From: Eimeria praecox
Lineage: Eukaryota
Assembly: GCA_963920595.1 (NCBI GenBank)
Contig: OY986948.1
Coordinates: 5,084,001-5,148,000, forward strand
DNA length: 64,000 bases
Direction: 5' to 3'
Shown here: in pieces, positions 50,801-64,000 of the stretch
How the letters are laid out: every line of letters begins with the position of its first letter
Numbering within the stretch: position 1 is the first letter of the stretch
Notes under the pieces: generated by a model
Told to the model about the DNA's origin: nothing
Databases searched by the model: none
Seen by the model: the letters and a program-made list of their open reading frames with translations, nothing else
Translations under genes and position numbers: made by a program

Positions 50801-53800
50801 CGCATTTTGCCCAGGAAGTATGCGCATATAATAGCGGACAGATGGGGGAGGGTGTTGAAGGGGAGGTAACGGCCAGCGTTCGAAGTAACAAATGTGTGGC
50901 ATCGTAAGCGCATGGACGTTATGCTACCGGTTCTTTAACGGGATCACACTATGGGAGAAGCGTTAATGCAGGTATAGCTGAGCTTCGCAAAGCTTTCATG
51001 CTTGCTTTAGGAAACGTGCACACCCCTGAGCGGCAGGGAATCATCTCGTTATGCTGATACACATCTTTGGCATTCCTTAGGCTTGGTGCTTCAGTGCCTC
51101 GGTTTGCATTACGGTATGTTATTAGAAGGTGCTGTGTGGACTGGCTAAGACAGCATGTGTGCAGTGCGACACAGATCAGGCGCGGCGAAGGCGAGGTCCG
51201 ATGCACCTGGCCGAGTGGTGGGCGGGGTGGGGTCGGTGGTGCGGCTCGGAGTGCTGATCTACATCGGCATGCCTGTGCCTAATATGAGTGAGCGTACAGC
51301 ACCTAGTTATGGGCTGGCGCATAGCTTGGCCGTATCACTCGACTTGTATGGTTCTCAAGTGCGTGCATGTGTCACGTATATCTTTGTCATTCAGTATGCT
51401 GTTCTCGCTGTTCAAGTTTTATCGCACCTGCGCGTAAAAGGCTGAACAACGGGTTGGATGATCCTGTATTCTGCGCGCGCCCTCCATTCATCGTACCCTA
51501 GAAGCTTTTCTACTGCCGTCGGCCTTTCAGCAGGAAGCGACTTGATGCAGCGCTCCTACGGAGCTATGATGAATATGCATGCTGCGCTTATTGAAGGCGA
51601 TTACATGCTCGCAGATGTACAGATGCGGCATTCAGTGGCGTGTCATGCTGCTCAGGCCGTATGCGCTTAGTTTTCATCGACAGTTGTGAAGGTTTCCAGA
51701 GGGCTGCAGAGAGCACCCTGAGCCGCGAATGTGAGGCCTGCTGAGGCCATGCACCTACTCCGAGTCATATTCGTATTTGCATGCCGGCGTGGTCGGTGCC
51801 TAAACGCTGGTGTTTTTGTGTGTTCAGCAACATATGCGTTTGTAGAAGGGAACTTGCACAAGCAGGGGAAGCGCGGAATGGCTTTGCTTGAGCAGTGCGA
51901 TTCTTCGGTGTTCTTAGTGGAACAAGGGTGACGCGGAGGTTGTATATGCATTTGCTGGAGAGGTTCTGGTATTACAAGGTGCACGACAAGCTACCGCTGT
52001 ATGGGGTTATTCCAGTATCAGTGCAGCCCCATGCAATACAAAATCCAGGATTCTGACTATTTAGGGAGCGGGACGGGTGATGGCCGAGGTGGTGTAAGCA
52101 TTGTGGTGCGGACGACTGCTGTGCATGGGTCTGCGTAGGTGAACGTGCAGCAAGTATTTTGATGCTGGTGTTTGGCTTTACGCGAGATGTGGAAATGTTT
52201 GGTCTTCGCGTGAATGGTTTGCGCGAGTGTGTGCATAATGGTCAGTCATTTTGCGCTTCTTGTAATCAAGGCTCGGGGGGTTGTAGAGGGAATTGCGTGA
52301 TCTGCGTGGTGACCTGTGCTGTCTTGCGCAGGTGCAGGTCAGGCCATTTATCATATATTGCAAGCTTTTCCTGTCTCATCGGCCTTTCATGAAAATCCTG
52401 CTCTTAGTTGTTGCCTAGCATGAGCAGCTGCTTTGTGCCGTGGACAAGCATTGTGGGAAGGCCGTGATTTTTATGGAATGCTTTTTCAGAGAATTGGTTG
52501 ATGCGCATGCTGTTTCATGCATCGAAGGCGAGGGTACTTCTTGCGCTCGTATAAGGTAAATCCGTCATGCCTGTCGTCTTTGTTGCAACGGCGTGTGCGA
52601 TGCACAGGAAGTATGCGCATAAATTGTATTAGCCGTTGTGGAGGTGTTAAAATAGCTGCCGGGAGTACTTTGACGAGCGAGTGTGAGGCCTGCTGAGGCC
52701 ATGCACGTAGTTCGAGTCAGAGTTTGATTGGCATGTCGGCTTGGCCGGCAGGTGAAACTGTGCATTCAGCAACATATACGTTTGTTGAGGGGAACTTGCT
52801 CAAACAGGGGAAGCGAGGAATGGCTTTGCTTGAGCAGTGCGATTCTTCGGTGTTCTTAGGGGAAGGGTGGCGCGGAGGTTGTATATGCATTTGCTGGAGA
52901 GGTTCTGGTATTACAAGGTGCACGACAAGCTGCCGCTGTATGGGGTTATTCCAGTATCAGTGCAGCGCGATACAATACAAAATCCAGGATTCTGAATATT
53001 TAGGGAGCGGGACGGGTGATGGCCGATGTGGTGTAAGCACTGTGGTGCGGACGACTGCTGTGCATGGGTCTGCGTAGGTGGACGTGCAGCAAGTATTTTG
53101 ATGCTGGTGTTTGGCTTTACGCGATATGTGGAAATGTTTGGTCTTCGCGTGAATGGTTTGCGCGAGTGTGTGCATAATGGTCAGTCATTTTGCGCTTCTT
53201 GTAATCAAGGTTTGGGCGGTTGTAGAGGGAATTGCGTGATCTGCGTGGTGACCTGTGCTGTCTTGCGCAGGTGCAGATCAGGCCATTCATGTCTCATCAG
53301 CCTTTCATCAAGGTCCTGATCTTAGTCGATGCTTAGCATGAGCAGCTGCTTTGTGTCGTGGACAAGCATTGTGGGAAGGTCGTGAATTTTATGGAATGCT
53401 TTTTCAGAAAATTGGCTGATGCACATGTTGTTGGATACATGGAAAGGGACCTTAATTCGTTCGCGCGTATAAGGCAGATCCGTCACGGTTGTCGTTTCTG
53501 TTGCCACGGCGTGTATGATGCTCAGGACGTATGCGCAAAAATTGTATTAGCCGTTGTGGAGGTGTTGAAATAGCTGCCGGGAGTACTCTGAGCAGCGAGT
53601 GTAAGGCCTGCTGAGGGTACCCCCCTCCTCCAAGGCGCTGTTCTACGTGCATGCTCTTTTGAGAGTAGCTCGGGAGCAGTAGTAGCTGCGAACTTAGAAA
53701 CACTCGTGCTTATAGGGAACGTGGAGGAAAGAAGCGTTTTCGTCTTATGTACGGTTTGCTCATTGTAGGTGGGTTTGTGGGTCTGGATGGGGAATGAGTA

Positions 53801-56800
53801 CTGCATGGGGTGTTACACTGCCGAATGTACCGTAAGAAATGCTTGAGGAAGGGCCTGATTTCGAGGCTTGGTCACCTTGCAACAGTCATATTTGGCTATA
53901 GTGCACACCTCACGTATTTGTTCGGCCTGCGTGAAGTGCCCTATGGGTAAGTTTCCGGAGGGTGAGAGCAGAGCAGGTGAAGATGCAAACGTGCACGGAT
54001 TTGAAGTCAGGCAGCAGTCATACACAAGGCTCGAAGCCGCCGTTGTGAAGGAGATGAAGGGCATGGAATCTGTTCGCAACGTCTAAGGAATTAGGTAATA
54101 CACTCGAAGCAACTCTCACGGTGCCGTGTATGCAAGCACGTCTTTGACAAAGCCTAGATTGGTCACAGAGCTGAGATATTGCATGTTGGTCACGACAGCA
54201 GGCCAGCAGTAGCGTGGTCTGCTACGGCCTGTCCGTAGATACTCTTTTCTTGATCTCCTTTTGTATTTTGGAGCATTGGTTGTAATTAATCCCGTTAACT
54301 GTGGGGACAGGCGTTTGCACAGGCAGCAACGAGGGCTTTCACGGCACATGCTGTGTGGCATTGGCTGCAGTGTTGGACACAAGGCGCATACGGCGCCTCC
54401 TGCGGCTTGTCTTACATGCATGCGTTTTGAGCTATGTTAGGCATCAGGCTAGCAATGATCCCGAATATTTACAGAGTGCAAGAAGGTGCACTGACAGCGT
54501 ATGGCGTTTGGCAATATGTTTGGTGCCTTGCAGAAGGTGCGCATGGTGGCTCATATTGGCTGACTGTCCATCCTCGTGCTTAGAGCGAGGATTGCGTTCA
54601 GGAGCATAGGCAGGTATTGGAACCGTTGAGCAGAGGAGCATGCATATGCATGGAGGGCAGAAAGGTGCGTTGACGGGGTACGCTGAGTGGCAGTAGACGC
54701 GGTGTTTCACAGGATGTGCGTACAGTGTCTGCTTTGGTGTGTCTATCCTCTCTGGAGGTTTGAACACTTTTCGTGTTTCGAAGGATAGTTTAGTATTGGC
54801 TGGGTACGGTAACGGATATTTGCAGAGAGAGCAACAAGGGGTTCCAGGATGGATGGCGTGTGGCAGTAGATATGGTTCCTTCACAGCCGGTGAGCTGTTT
54901 GGTTTTCTGTGGCCAGTCCGGTGCATCCAATATGACGTATCGCATGCTGCCGAAGCAGCTAGCCACTGGATCTGCATCTACAGTGTCTATGTCTTAGGAT
55001 ATCCGTTGCCGTAGTTTTGGTGCGCATTGATGCGAGCTGACTCATTGCCCACCTCGCAGCATGGTGCCGTTGGTTTAGCGAAGTCTATTGTCCAGCCTGT
55101 ACGCACGTTGGCTTGCTTGATGTGCATGATGCTTGTGAAGTCAAATCGTCACTGGACGCATAGTGAAGAAGGATACAGCATGCCCGGAAAGCTGTGCCAA
55201 TCCGCACTGTTTACAGGCGTTCTGTAGCACGAGTAGCCGACTTACTTGCCTACGCAAGGCCTGCTGGCTGCTTTAGAAGCCATATACTGAATTCGAATGC
55301 TTTCTATGTCTCAGGTCAATCTCTCAAAACCTTGGACCAAGCGGATGTGGATATTCTGCTACCGTAGGTGATAAGCGGAGCCGTACGACGGATCTCGTCT
55401 GAGTGGTGCATAACCAACGCAGGGAGTGGGTCTGCATAGGTGAAGTGTGAAATCCAAGACAAGCAAGCTCTGTTTGAGGAGGCGATACTCGCCATGCCTT
55501 TTCATCGAAAAGCGCGATGCTCATGGTAACGGCTTGATGAATATATCGAACAAACAACCACACTTTGCCTGAACAATCCTGCCCAGAAACTCAAGGCATG
55601 CATAGGATAACTGGAGGAAGAGGGCGAGACAGTCGAGATGGCAGTGTACGGAGGTGACCAACGGGGAGGCCTCTGAAAGGGCCGTAGATAGGGGGTCACT
55701 CTGCTTGTTCAACGGCTGCCGACTTTGGATTTGCTTCCGTGAGCGGCTGCAATGGTATAAGCATCTCCTCCAGAGAGCATGATCGCAGACAGTTGAATAC
55801 GTTGAATAAATGCTCGTCTTGATGGCCCTACAAATCCTTCTGCGAATCCTGCTTAGAAACCCGCAAGCGCATTGAAGCGCAAGCGTGCCAGTGCGCGAAG
55901 GGGCGATTCTTCTTGTGCAAAAAAGCCTACAAGAAGAAATGCCATTTACTTCGTCATGAGCGTGCTCAGCCCATTGCTTCCTATGGTGTGCGAAAACTTT
56001 ATGACGGCATGGGACTTGGATGAGCTTGGCTTTGTCGGGGCACTAAACTAAGCAAGCATTCCTGCGCCTTGTAGCCTGGCGGCAGGCTGACTTGGGTTTA
56101 CATTTGCCTTCGCCGGCGCCAGTCGTTTATCGACTTTCCTAAGCTAATGGAAATTGTGCTGAGAATTTGCGACTGTCCGGTCAGCGCGTATGCAAGCAGT
56201 TCTTACAAGCCGTTTTGCCGTTGCTTATGAGTCATTAACAAGCGGCGTAGCCAGCCAGTGTTCAGCAGGGTACTTGCATGCATGCTGTAGTGTTGCTTCG
56301 CTTCACTTGCAGCACAGCAGCACAGCGTGGAGTTGTGGGATGCTTGCCGAACACATACATGAGAGGTGATAATTGGGTAGGCAGCAACCAGCTTTTTAGC
56401 CCAGAGGTGTATAACCGCCTGGTGGGACGCAGCTGGTGCGGTTCGCTGCACCTGCAGCTGTAGATATCCAGCTGTATATCTCCATGCAAATGCCCTCTTA
56501 AAGGGGCTGACGTGCTACGTGCGTTCACGTGGGATGAATGGAAGAATCCGACAGTGTTTACCATTTCGAAGGTTTGGTGGATTAGGACTAACGAACTAAG
56601 TGGCAAGCAATTGTATTGGTAGGGGGCATAAACGTAGTAGTGCCAGCGCGTTATAACCAGATCCATTGTGAGCTTGGAACCCCACAAGAAGTGATGCGCT
56701 ATGCCTCCTTATCACAATGTGCTCCCCTAACCATGGATTGCGAACTGTGTCTAACAACATGAGGGCTCGAGTGGCTTTGAGCTCAGGTGGCCCTGCATCG

Positions 56801-57354
56801 AGCAGAGTAGTCATGCTTCCCGTTGTTTGGCGGTACCCTGGTTTGGGTGTGCGCCTGTCTGACAAGGGTTTTCCAATGCCATGACGCAGTAGCAGGTGCT
56901 AGAATGATAGCTGAATGGCCTTTCGCTCGGGTTTGCTTTAGAGCGTGAGCTGGCACCAGAAGACGTTTCTCAACTGCCCAAGCAAACTTGCTAGAGCCTG
57001 TTAGAAGAGTGTATTAAAGAGCCTGTGATTTTCTAGGTTGAATTTAAACGGAGGGCGCTCGAAAGAAGCACTTCAAGCACCAGCTCTTCTGCGTAGCGAT
57101 TGAACGTTATACGATGCAGAATAACAAGCACTATTTGGGCAGGCGCTACCTGGGCAGGTATCCAGTGAAACTGCATCCGCAGTGTCTACAAGTTTGTACC
57201 TTGACTTCCCCTGTTCTGGCTTTTCAAGTCGATGAGCTGCCACATGGTCACGTAGCGTGCTGGGAGCACAGTGATCAAGGCTGCGGCGCGACCGTGGCCA
57301 CAATGCTCAGGGCCTGTGCAGTTTCATAAACGTTAGAAGCGCCGCAAACGCGAC
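47896..57354. repeat. Macro-repeat copy 2 (9459 bp; two sub-units)
   Basis: Collinear with copy 1 minus one 918-bp sub-unit, with scattered substitutions. Confidence 0.97.
51731..53615 (-). repeat. Nested sub-array in copy 2 (952+918 bp)
   Basis: Anchors at 51731, 52683 and 53601. Confidence 0.95.
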
Positions 57355-60300
57355 ATTGTGTGCCATTTCAAAGAATCGACCAAATCAGGTTGTATGCCTC
57401 CCGTCAGTTTGCTTGGTTTGCGGTTAAGTGCTGTGGTGATAGCGATGATCCTCCCAGTGTATGCTTTAGTCTAAACGTCGGGATTCTGTCCATAAAATGA
57501 GAGTCTTCTCCAGGCGCACGAGCACACAGACAGAATGTTCAGGCTTCGTTGCGAGTAGAAGGCACTGCATTGCATGCAAGTGCATCTATATCAAAGGCTT
57601 GATGCTTCCAGTTCGTTGACCCAAATTCGGTGATATTCGTCTAGTTGTGACGCTGCGTACGACTCCCCTCCGATGCGTCTTAATGAACTTGCCTCTTGCC
57701 AAGGGAACTGCAGGCAAGGCCTGCTAAATGAAAACGGCGAGCCGTAAGGGCATTTGTTCTTTGCGAAGTATGCATGCCTGTTTAGCTAGTAAGCAGGCAA
57801 TATTCTAACACTATTTCGAAGTCGGAGCTATCAGGGGGCGGGCTGTGCGCAGCGGTGTTCCAACAACCACAACTAATTTACTTCCCATGCTATTCGCCCT
57901 GTGCTCTTTATTTTACTAGTGGGTGCGTTTCCAAGCAGGCAAACAGGCCAAGGCCCGCCTAACGAAGCGGTTGGCAGGCTGCTTAATCGGGATTGGGACA
58001 TTTATTGGACTACATTATTCTTCGCGCGCGACGCAGAGTGCCCAATGCAATCAAGCGTTGGTGTGCAATGGGTTCGAAAAAGATGCAACTTGAGCGAGGA
58101 GCCCACAAAAGGAGACGTCTTTTGCCTACTTATCCAGGAGTGCTCCACTATGCATGAACTGCCAGTACTGCGCAACGATACGGGAATTCGAGCGGATTTG
58201 CACTGGCAAGGCATCAAACGAAGCAGAGCACTCATGCGTCTCGCAATCCTGCGGCAGGCTGGTTTGGGCTTCCGCCTGCCCCAAAAGGTTGAGGTACCCC
58301 CCTTGCCACAGCCGAAGGTGCTGAAGTTAGGTCCGAGCGGCATTTCGCTCGTTTTTATCATAGCCTGTAAGCTGCCGCCACCATTGGTGTCTTGCCTGCC
58401 CATCCGCATTTCATTATATCTGCTAGAGAAGTGTAAAACGCCAGCAGTCGTGTAGGCTGAAGGGTCAAGGCAAGTGTTCGAAGAAACCACTTAAAACATA
58501 AGGTTTGCTGCGCAACGATTAAACGCTACAAGCGCTCGACTATTCAAGTTACGATACTACGTACCACCTGGGCAACTGCTTAATGAAGCTCCACCTGCTG
58601 TGCCGATATCTTAAGAAATTCGCCCCGTATTGTGGGTCTTTGAAGAATAGAAGCGTATGGCGCTGCAATGCTGCTTGGTAGTGCACTGCCTGCCTGGAAA
58701 TGTGAACGCTCACTATTCAAGCAACAGCAACACGTCAATACCTCATTTGTCTAGCCTGTACGCCCATTGGCTTGTCTGATACATCGGAATGCCGTTCAAG
58801 GCCATGCGGAGGGTAAAGGAGGAAACGGCATGGCTGGCTGCTTGTGCCAGCCAACCCGCACTCATGCCAAGCACTTTGAAGTATGACCGGCGGAGTCGCC
58901 TGTCTAGAGTTATTTCGGTAGTTGGTTTTGAGTGCGCGGATGAATTTCGGCTCGTTGAATGCTGTAGGTTCGTCCGCAAAGACGTTGCGGGAAGCGGATG
59001 TGGATATACTGCAGCCTTAAGTTGGAGCTTTACGACGGATTTGGTGCTTTGGATGTGAAATCAACGCAGAAAGTAGGTTTGCATATTTGGAATGGGAAAT
59101 CGAAAAAGAGCCTTTGCTTGAGGGGGAGACGTGCACTACGAGACTGCGTTGGTGGCAGTTGTCCCTACTTTGGCGCAGTTACTTACCCGCCTTTGCGTTT
59201 AGAGTAGGTGCAGTTTGTGAATGCATCAATGGCTTGAAACCGAGCTAGGCATCTCACAGGAAGGTGGTCACTGAACCGCAGCATAGTAAAGAGGAAGACC
59301 ACGGGAGGCAGGCCGTCGGCATCCACGCTGCGGATGTTTTCTGAAGCTTTAAACATTTGGTATTTGCGTTGGTCTTCCAGCAGGAGGTGATTCGAAGAGG
59401 GCGGCCCTTGCATCCAGCTGCCTCGTTTATCAGTCGGTAAGGAGCTTGGGGGAGGATGGGTCGCCGTGGTAGAAATCGCCTTCCTCTGCTGTTAGAAGCA
59501 TGTGCCGTAAGTGACGGAGATCTAATGTGGGTGCATGTGGGGACATCGTGGGGTGATGCAACGTGTGTGGGCGGCTGTATGTGGGCTGTGTGGCGAAGCC
59601 TTCTTTCGCGATAGTATCACACGCTGTTTTGGCCAGGAAGTATGCGCCTAGAATCATTTCACCCTTGGTCTCCTTTGGTATCTACTGAGGCGGGTTCTTT
59701 GGGCACTACGATATGCGTTTGCGAACCATGGCCGGGCATCACAAACGGTGCCCGACCCTGTCTCAGGCAATCGGTGAGACAGCAAATGCAGAGCGCACTG
59801 CATGGCAGGAGACAGCAGCGAATACGCATTGGTTTTTATCAAGCTTTTAGCGGCTTTGACAGCCAGCCCGGATATGTATGATGGCATTTGTTTTCCATGC
59901 GACGGGAGTAGCGGAGGGCAGGACGGGGCCGGTGGCGCAGTCAACATGAATTGGGCAAATGCTGATGGTCCTTGGACGGAAGAAGGCGGGAATTGTGTCC
60001 TATTGCTCCTATTGCTCACCTATTGGTAAATAGAGAAGCAAACAAAACTCATAGTATAGGCGTGTGTTTTTTCCTTGGCAAGGTTAGATCAGCTGTATTC
60101 TGTAAACGGCAAGTGAAATTGCCCTATATGCCTCAACGTTTCGTTCAAGAGCTGGGTTGAGTGCATGCTACGTGCATCGCAAGCGCAAGCCGTTCATGCC
60201 AGCATATGTCCGCGTTCAGTGGGAGATCCCCTTTCCTTGCTGAGGTAACGCGCATTTTGCCCAGGAAGTATGCGCATATAATAGCGGACAGATGGGGGAG

Positions 60301-63300
60301 GGTGTTGAAGGGGGGCTAACGGCCAGCGTTCGAAGTAACAAATGTGTGGCATCGTAAGCGCATGGACGTTATGCTACCGGTTCTTTAACGGGATCACACT
60401 ATGGGAGAAGCGTTAATGCAGGTATAGCTGAGCTTCGCAAAGCTTTCATGCTTGCTTTAGGAAACGTGCACACCCCTGAGCGGCAGGGAATCATCTCGTT
60501 ATGCTGATACACATCTTTGGCATTCCTTAGGCTTGGTGCTTCAGTGCCTCGGTTTGCATTACGGTATGTTATTAGAAGGTGCTGTGTGGACTGGCTAAGA
60601 CAGCATGTGTGCAGTGCGACACAGATCAGGCGCGGCGAAGGCGAGGTCCGATGCACCTGGCCGAGTGGTGGGCGGGGTGGGGTCGGTGGTGCGGCTCGGA
60701 GTGCTGATCTACATCGGCATGCCTGTGCCTAATATGAGTGAGCGTACAGCACCTAGTTATGGGCTGGCGCATAGCTTGGCCGTATCACTCGACTTGTATG
60801 GTTCTCAAGTGCGTGCATGTGTCACGTATATCTTTGTCATTCAGTATGCTGTTCTCGCTGTTCAAGTTTTATCGCACCTGCGCGTAAAAGGCTGAACAAC
60901 GGGTTGGATGATCCTGTATTCTGCGCGCGCCCTCCATTCATCGTACCCTAGAAGCTTTTCTACTGCCGTCGGCCTTTCAGCAGGAAGCGACTTGATGCAG
61001 CGCTCCTACGGAGCTATGATGAATATGCATGCTGCGCTTATTGAAGGCGATTACATGCTCGCAGATGTACAGATGCGGCATTCAGTGGCGTGTCATGCTG
61101 CTCAGGCCGTATGCGCTTAGTTTTCATCGACAGTTGTGAAGGTTTCCAGAGGGCTGCAGAGAGCACCCTGAGCCGCGAATGTGAGGCCTGCTGAGGCCAT
61201 GCACCTACTCCGAGTCATATTCGTATTTGCATGCCGGCGTGGTCGGTGCGTAAACGCTGGTGTTTTTGTGTGTTCAGCAACATATGCGTTTGAAGAAGGG
61301 AACTTGCACAAGCAGGGGAAGCGCGGAATGGCTTTGCTTGAGCAGTGCGATTCTTCGGTGTTCTTAGTGGAACAAGGGTGGCGCGAAGGTTGTATTTGCA
61401 TTTGCTGGAGAGGTTCTGGTATTACAAGGTGCACGACAAGCTACCGCTGTATGGGGTTATTCCAGTATCAGTGCAGCCCCATGCAATACAAAATCCAGGA
61501 TTCTGACTATTTAGGGAGCGGGACGGGTGATGGCCGAGGTGGTGTAAGCATTGTGGTGCGGACGACTGCTGTGCATGGGTCTGCGTAGGTGAACGTGCAG
61601 CAAGTATTTTGATGCTGGTGTTTGGCTTTACGCGAGATGTGGAAATGTTTGGTCTTCGCGTGAATGGTTTGCGCGAGTGTGTGCATAATGGTCAGTCATT
61701 TTGCGCTTCTTGTAATCAAGGCTCGGGGGGTTGTAGAGGGAATTGCGTGATCTGCGTGGTGACCTGTGCTGTCTTGCGCAGGTGCAGGTCAGGCCATTTA
61801 TCATATATTGCAAGCTTTTCCTGTCTCATCGGCCTTTCATGAAAATCCTGCTCTTAGTTGTTGCCTAGCATGAGCAGCTGCTTTGTGCCGTGGACAAGCA
61901 TTGTGGGAAGGCCGTGATTTTTATGGAATGCTTTTTCAGAGAATTGGTTGATGCGCATGCTGTTTCATGCATCGAAGGCGAGGGTACTTCTTGCGCTCGT
62001 ATAAGGTAAATCCGTCATGCCTGTCGTCTTTGTTGCAACGGCGTGTGCGATGCACAGGAAGTATGCGCATAAATTGTATTAGCCGTTGTGGAGGTGTTAA
62101 AATAGCTGCCGGGAGTACTTTGACGAGCGAGTGTGAGGCCTGCTGAGGCCATGCACGTAGTTCGAGTCAGAGTTTGATTGGCATGTCGGCTTGGCCGGCA
62201 GGTGAAACTGTGCATTCAGCAACATATACGTTTGTTGAGGGGAACTTGCACGAGCAGGGGAAGCGCGGAATGGCTTTGCTCGAGCAGTGCGATTCTTCGG
62301 TGTTCTTAGGGGAAGGGTGGCGCGGAGGTTGTATATGCATTTGCCGGAGAGGTTCTGGCATTACAAGGTGCCGGACAAGCTACCGATGTATCTGGTTATT
62401 GCAGTGTCAGTGCAGCGCGATGCAATACAAAATCCAGGATTCTGACTATTTAGGGAGCGGGACGGGTGATGGCCGAGGTGGTGTAAGCACTGTGGTGCGG
62501 ACGACTGCTGTGCATGGGTCTGCGTAGGTGGACGTGCAGCAAGTATTTTGATGCTGGTGTTTGGCTTTACGCGATATGTGGAAATGTTTGGCCTTCGCGT
62601 GAATGGTTTGCGCGAGTGTGTGCATAATGGTCAGTCATTTTGCGCTTCTTGTAATCAAGGTTTGGGCGGTTGTAGAGGGAATTGCGTGATCTGCGTGGTG
62701 ACCTGTGCTGTCTTGCGCAGGTGCAGGTCAGGCCATTCATGTCTCATCAGCCTTTCATCAAGGTCCTGATCTTAGTCGCTGCTTAGCATGAGCAGCTGCT
62801 TTGTGTCGTGGACAAGCATTGTGGGAAGGCCGTGATTTTTATAGAATGCTTTTTCAGAGAATTGGTCGATGCGCATGCTGTTTCATGCATCGAAGGCGAG
62901 GGTACGTCAGGCGCGCGTATAAGGTGGATCCGTCACGCCTGTCGTCTTTGTTGCAGCGGCTTGTGCGATGCACAGAAAGTATGCGCATAAATTGTATTAG
63001 CCGTTGTGGAGGTGTTGAAATAGCTGCCCGGAGTACTTTGAGGAGCGAGTGGGAGACCTGCTGAGGCCATGCACGTAGTTCGAGCCAGAGTTTGATTGGC
63101 ATGTCGGCTTGGCCGGCAGGTGAAACTGTGCATTCAGCAACATATACGTTTGTTGAGGGGAACTTGCTCAAACAGGGGAAGCGCGGAATGGCTTTGCTTG
63201 AGCAGTGCGATTTTTCGGTGTTCTTAGGGGAAGGGTGGCGCGGAGGTTGTATATGCATTTGCTGGAGAGGTTCTGGTATTACAAGGTGCACGACAAGCTG

Positions 63301-64000
63301 CCGCTGTATGGGGTTATTCCAGTATCAGTGCAGCGCGATACAATACAAAATCCAGGATTCTGAATATTTAGGGAGCGGGACGGGTGATGGCCGATGTGGT
63401 GTAAGCACTGTGGTGCGGACGACTGCTGTGCATGGGTCTGCGTAGGTGGACGTGCAGCAAGTATTTTGATGCTGGTGTTTGGCTTTACGCGATATGTGGA
63501 AATGTTTGGTCTTCGCGTGAATGGTTTGCGCGAGTGTGTGCATAATGGTCAGTCATTTTGCGCTTCTTGTAATCAAGGTTTGGGCGGTTGTAGAGGGAAT
63601 TGCGTGATCTGCGTGGTGACCTGTGCTGTCTTGCGCAGGTGCAGGTCAGGCCATTCATGTCTCATCAGCCTTTCATCAAGGTCCTGATCTTAGTCGATGC
63701 TTAGCATGAGCAGCTGCTTTGTGTCGTGGACAAGCATTGTGGGAAGGTCGTGAATTTTATGGAATGCTTTTTCAGAAAATTGGCTGATGCACATGTTGTT
63801 GGATACATGGAAAGGGACCTTAATTCGTTCGCGCGTATAAGGTGGATCCGTCACGGTTGTCGTTTCTGTTGCCACGGCGTGTATGATGCTCAGGACGTAT
63901 GCGCAAAAATTGTATTAGCCGTTGTGGAGGTGTTGAAATAGCTGCCGGGAGTACTCTGAGCAGCGAGTGTAAGGCCTGCTGAGTGTACCCCCCTCCTCCA
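57355..64000. repeat. Macro-repeat copy 3 (runs off the window end; three sub-units)
   Basis: Collinear with copy 2 at +9459, then +9450 after a 9-bp deletion at ~59025. Confidence 0.97.
61181..63983 (-). repeat. Nested sub-array in copy 3 (952+918+918 bp)
   Basis: Anchors at 61181, 62133, 63051 and 63969. Confidence 0.95.

Overview
This is eukaryotic-looking, roughly GC-balanced DNA with no intact protein-coding gene, RNA gene or CRISPR array that I can support. The short ORFs in the track are either noise or fragments of dead retroelements. Read across frameshifts, much of the window is a graveyard of heavily decayed Ty3/Gypsy-type pol sequence (order protease-RT-RNaseH-integrase, plus one possible chromodomain) in both orientations. 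I found no intact YxDD motif, LTR pair or primer-binding site. This dead material was recently re-amplified in tandem at several scales. (1) A 962-bp array of about 7.1 units at 12705-19795, where each unit is essentially one decayed RT domain. (2) A 1.36-kb dispersed duplication at 31261-32620 and 35345-36703. (3) A 10.4/9.5-kb macro-repeat in at least 2.7 copies from 37520 to the window end, with a nested ~918-bp integrase-derived sub-array whose copy number varies 3/2/3. Repeat structure and coordinates are read directly from the sequence. Domain assignments are by-eye motif matches and need profile-HMM confirmation. A coccidian (Eimeria-like) origin is only a weak inference.
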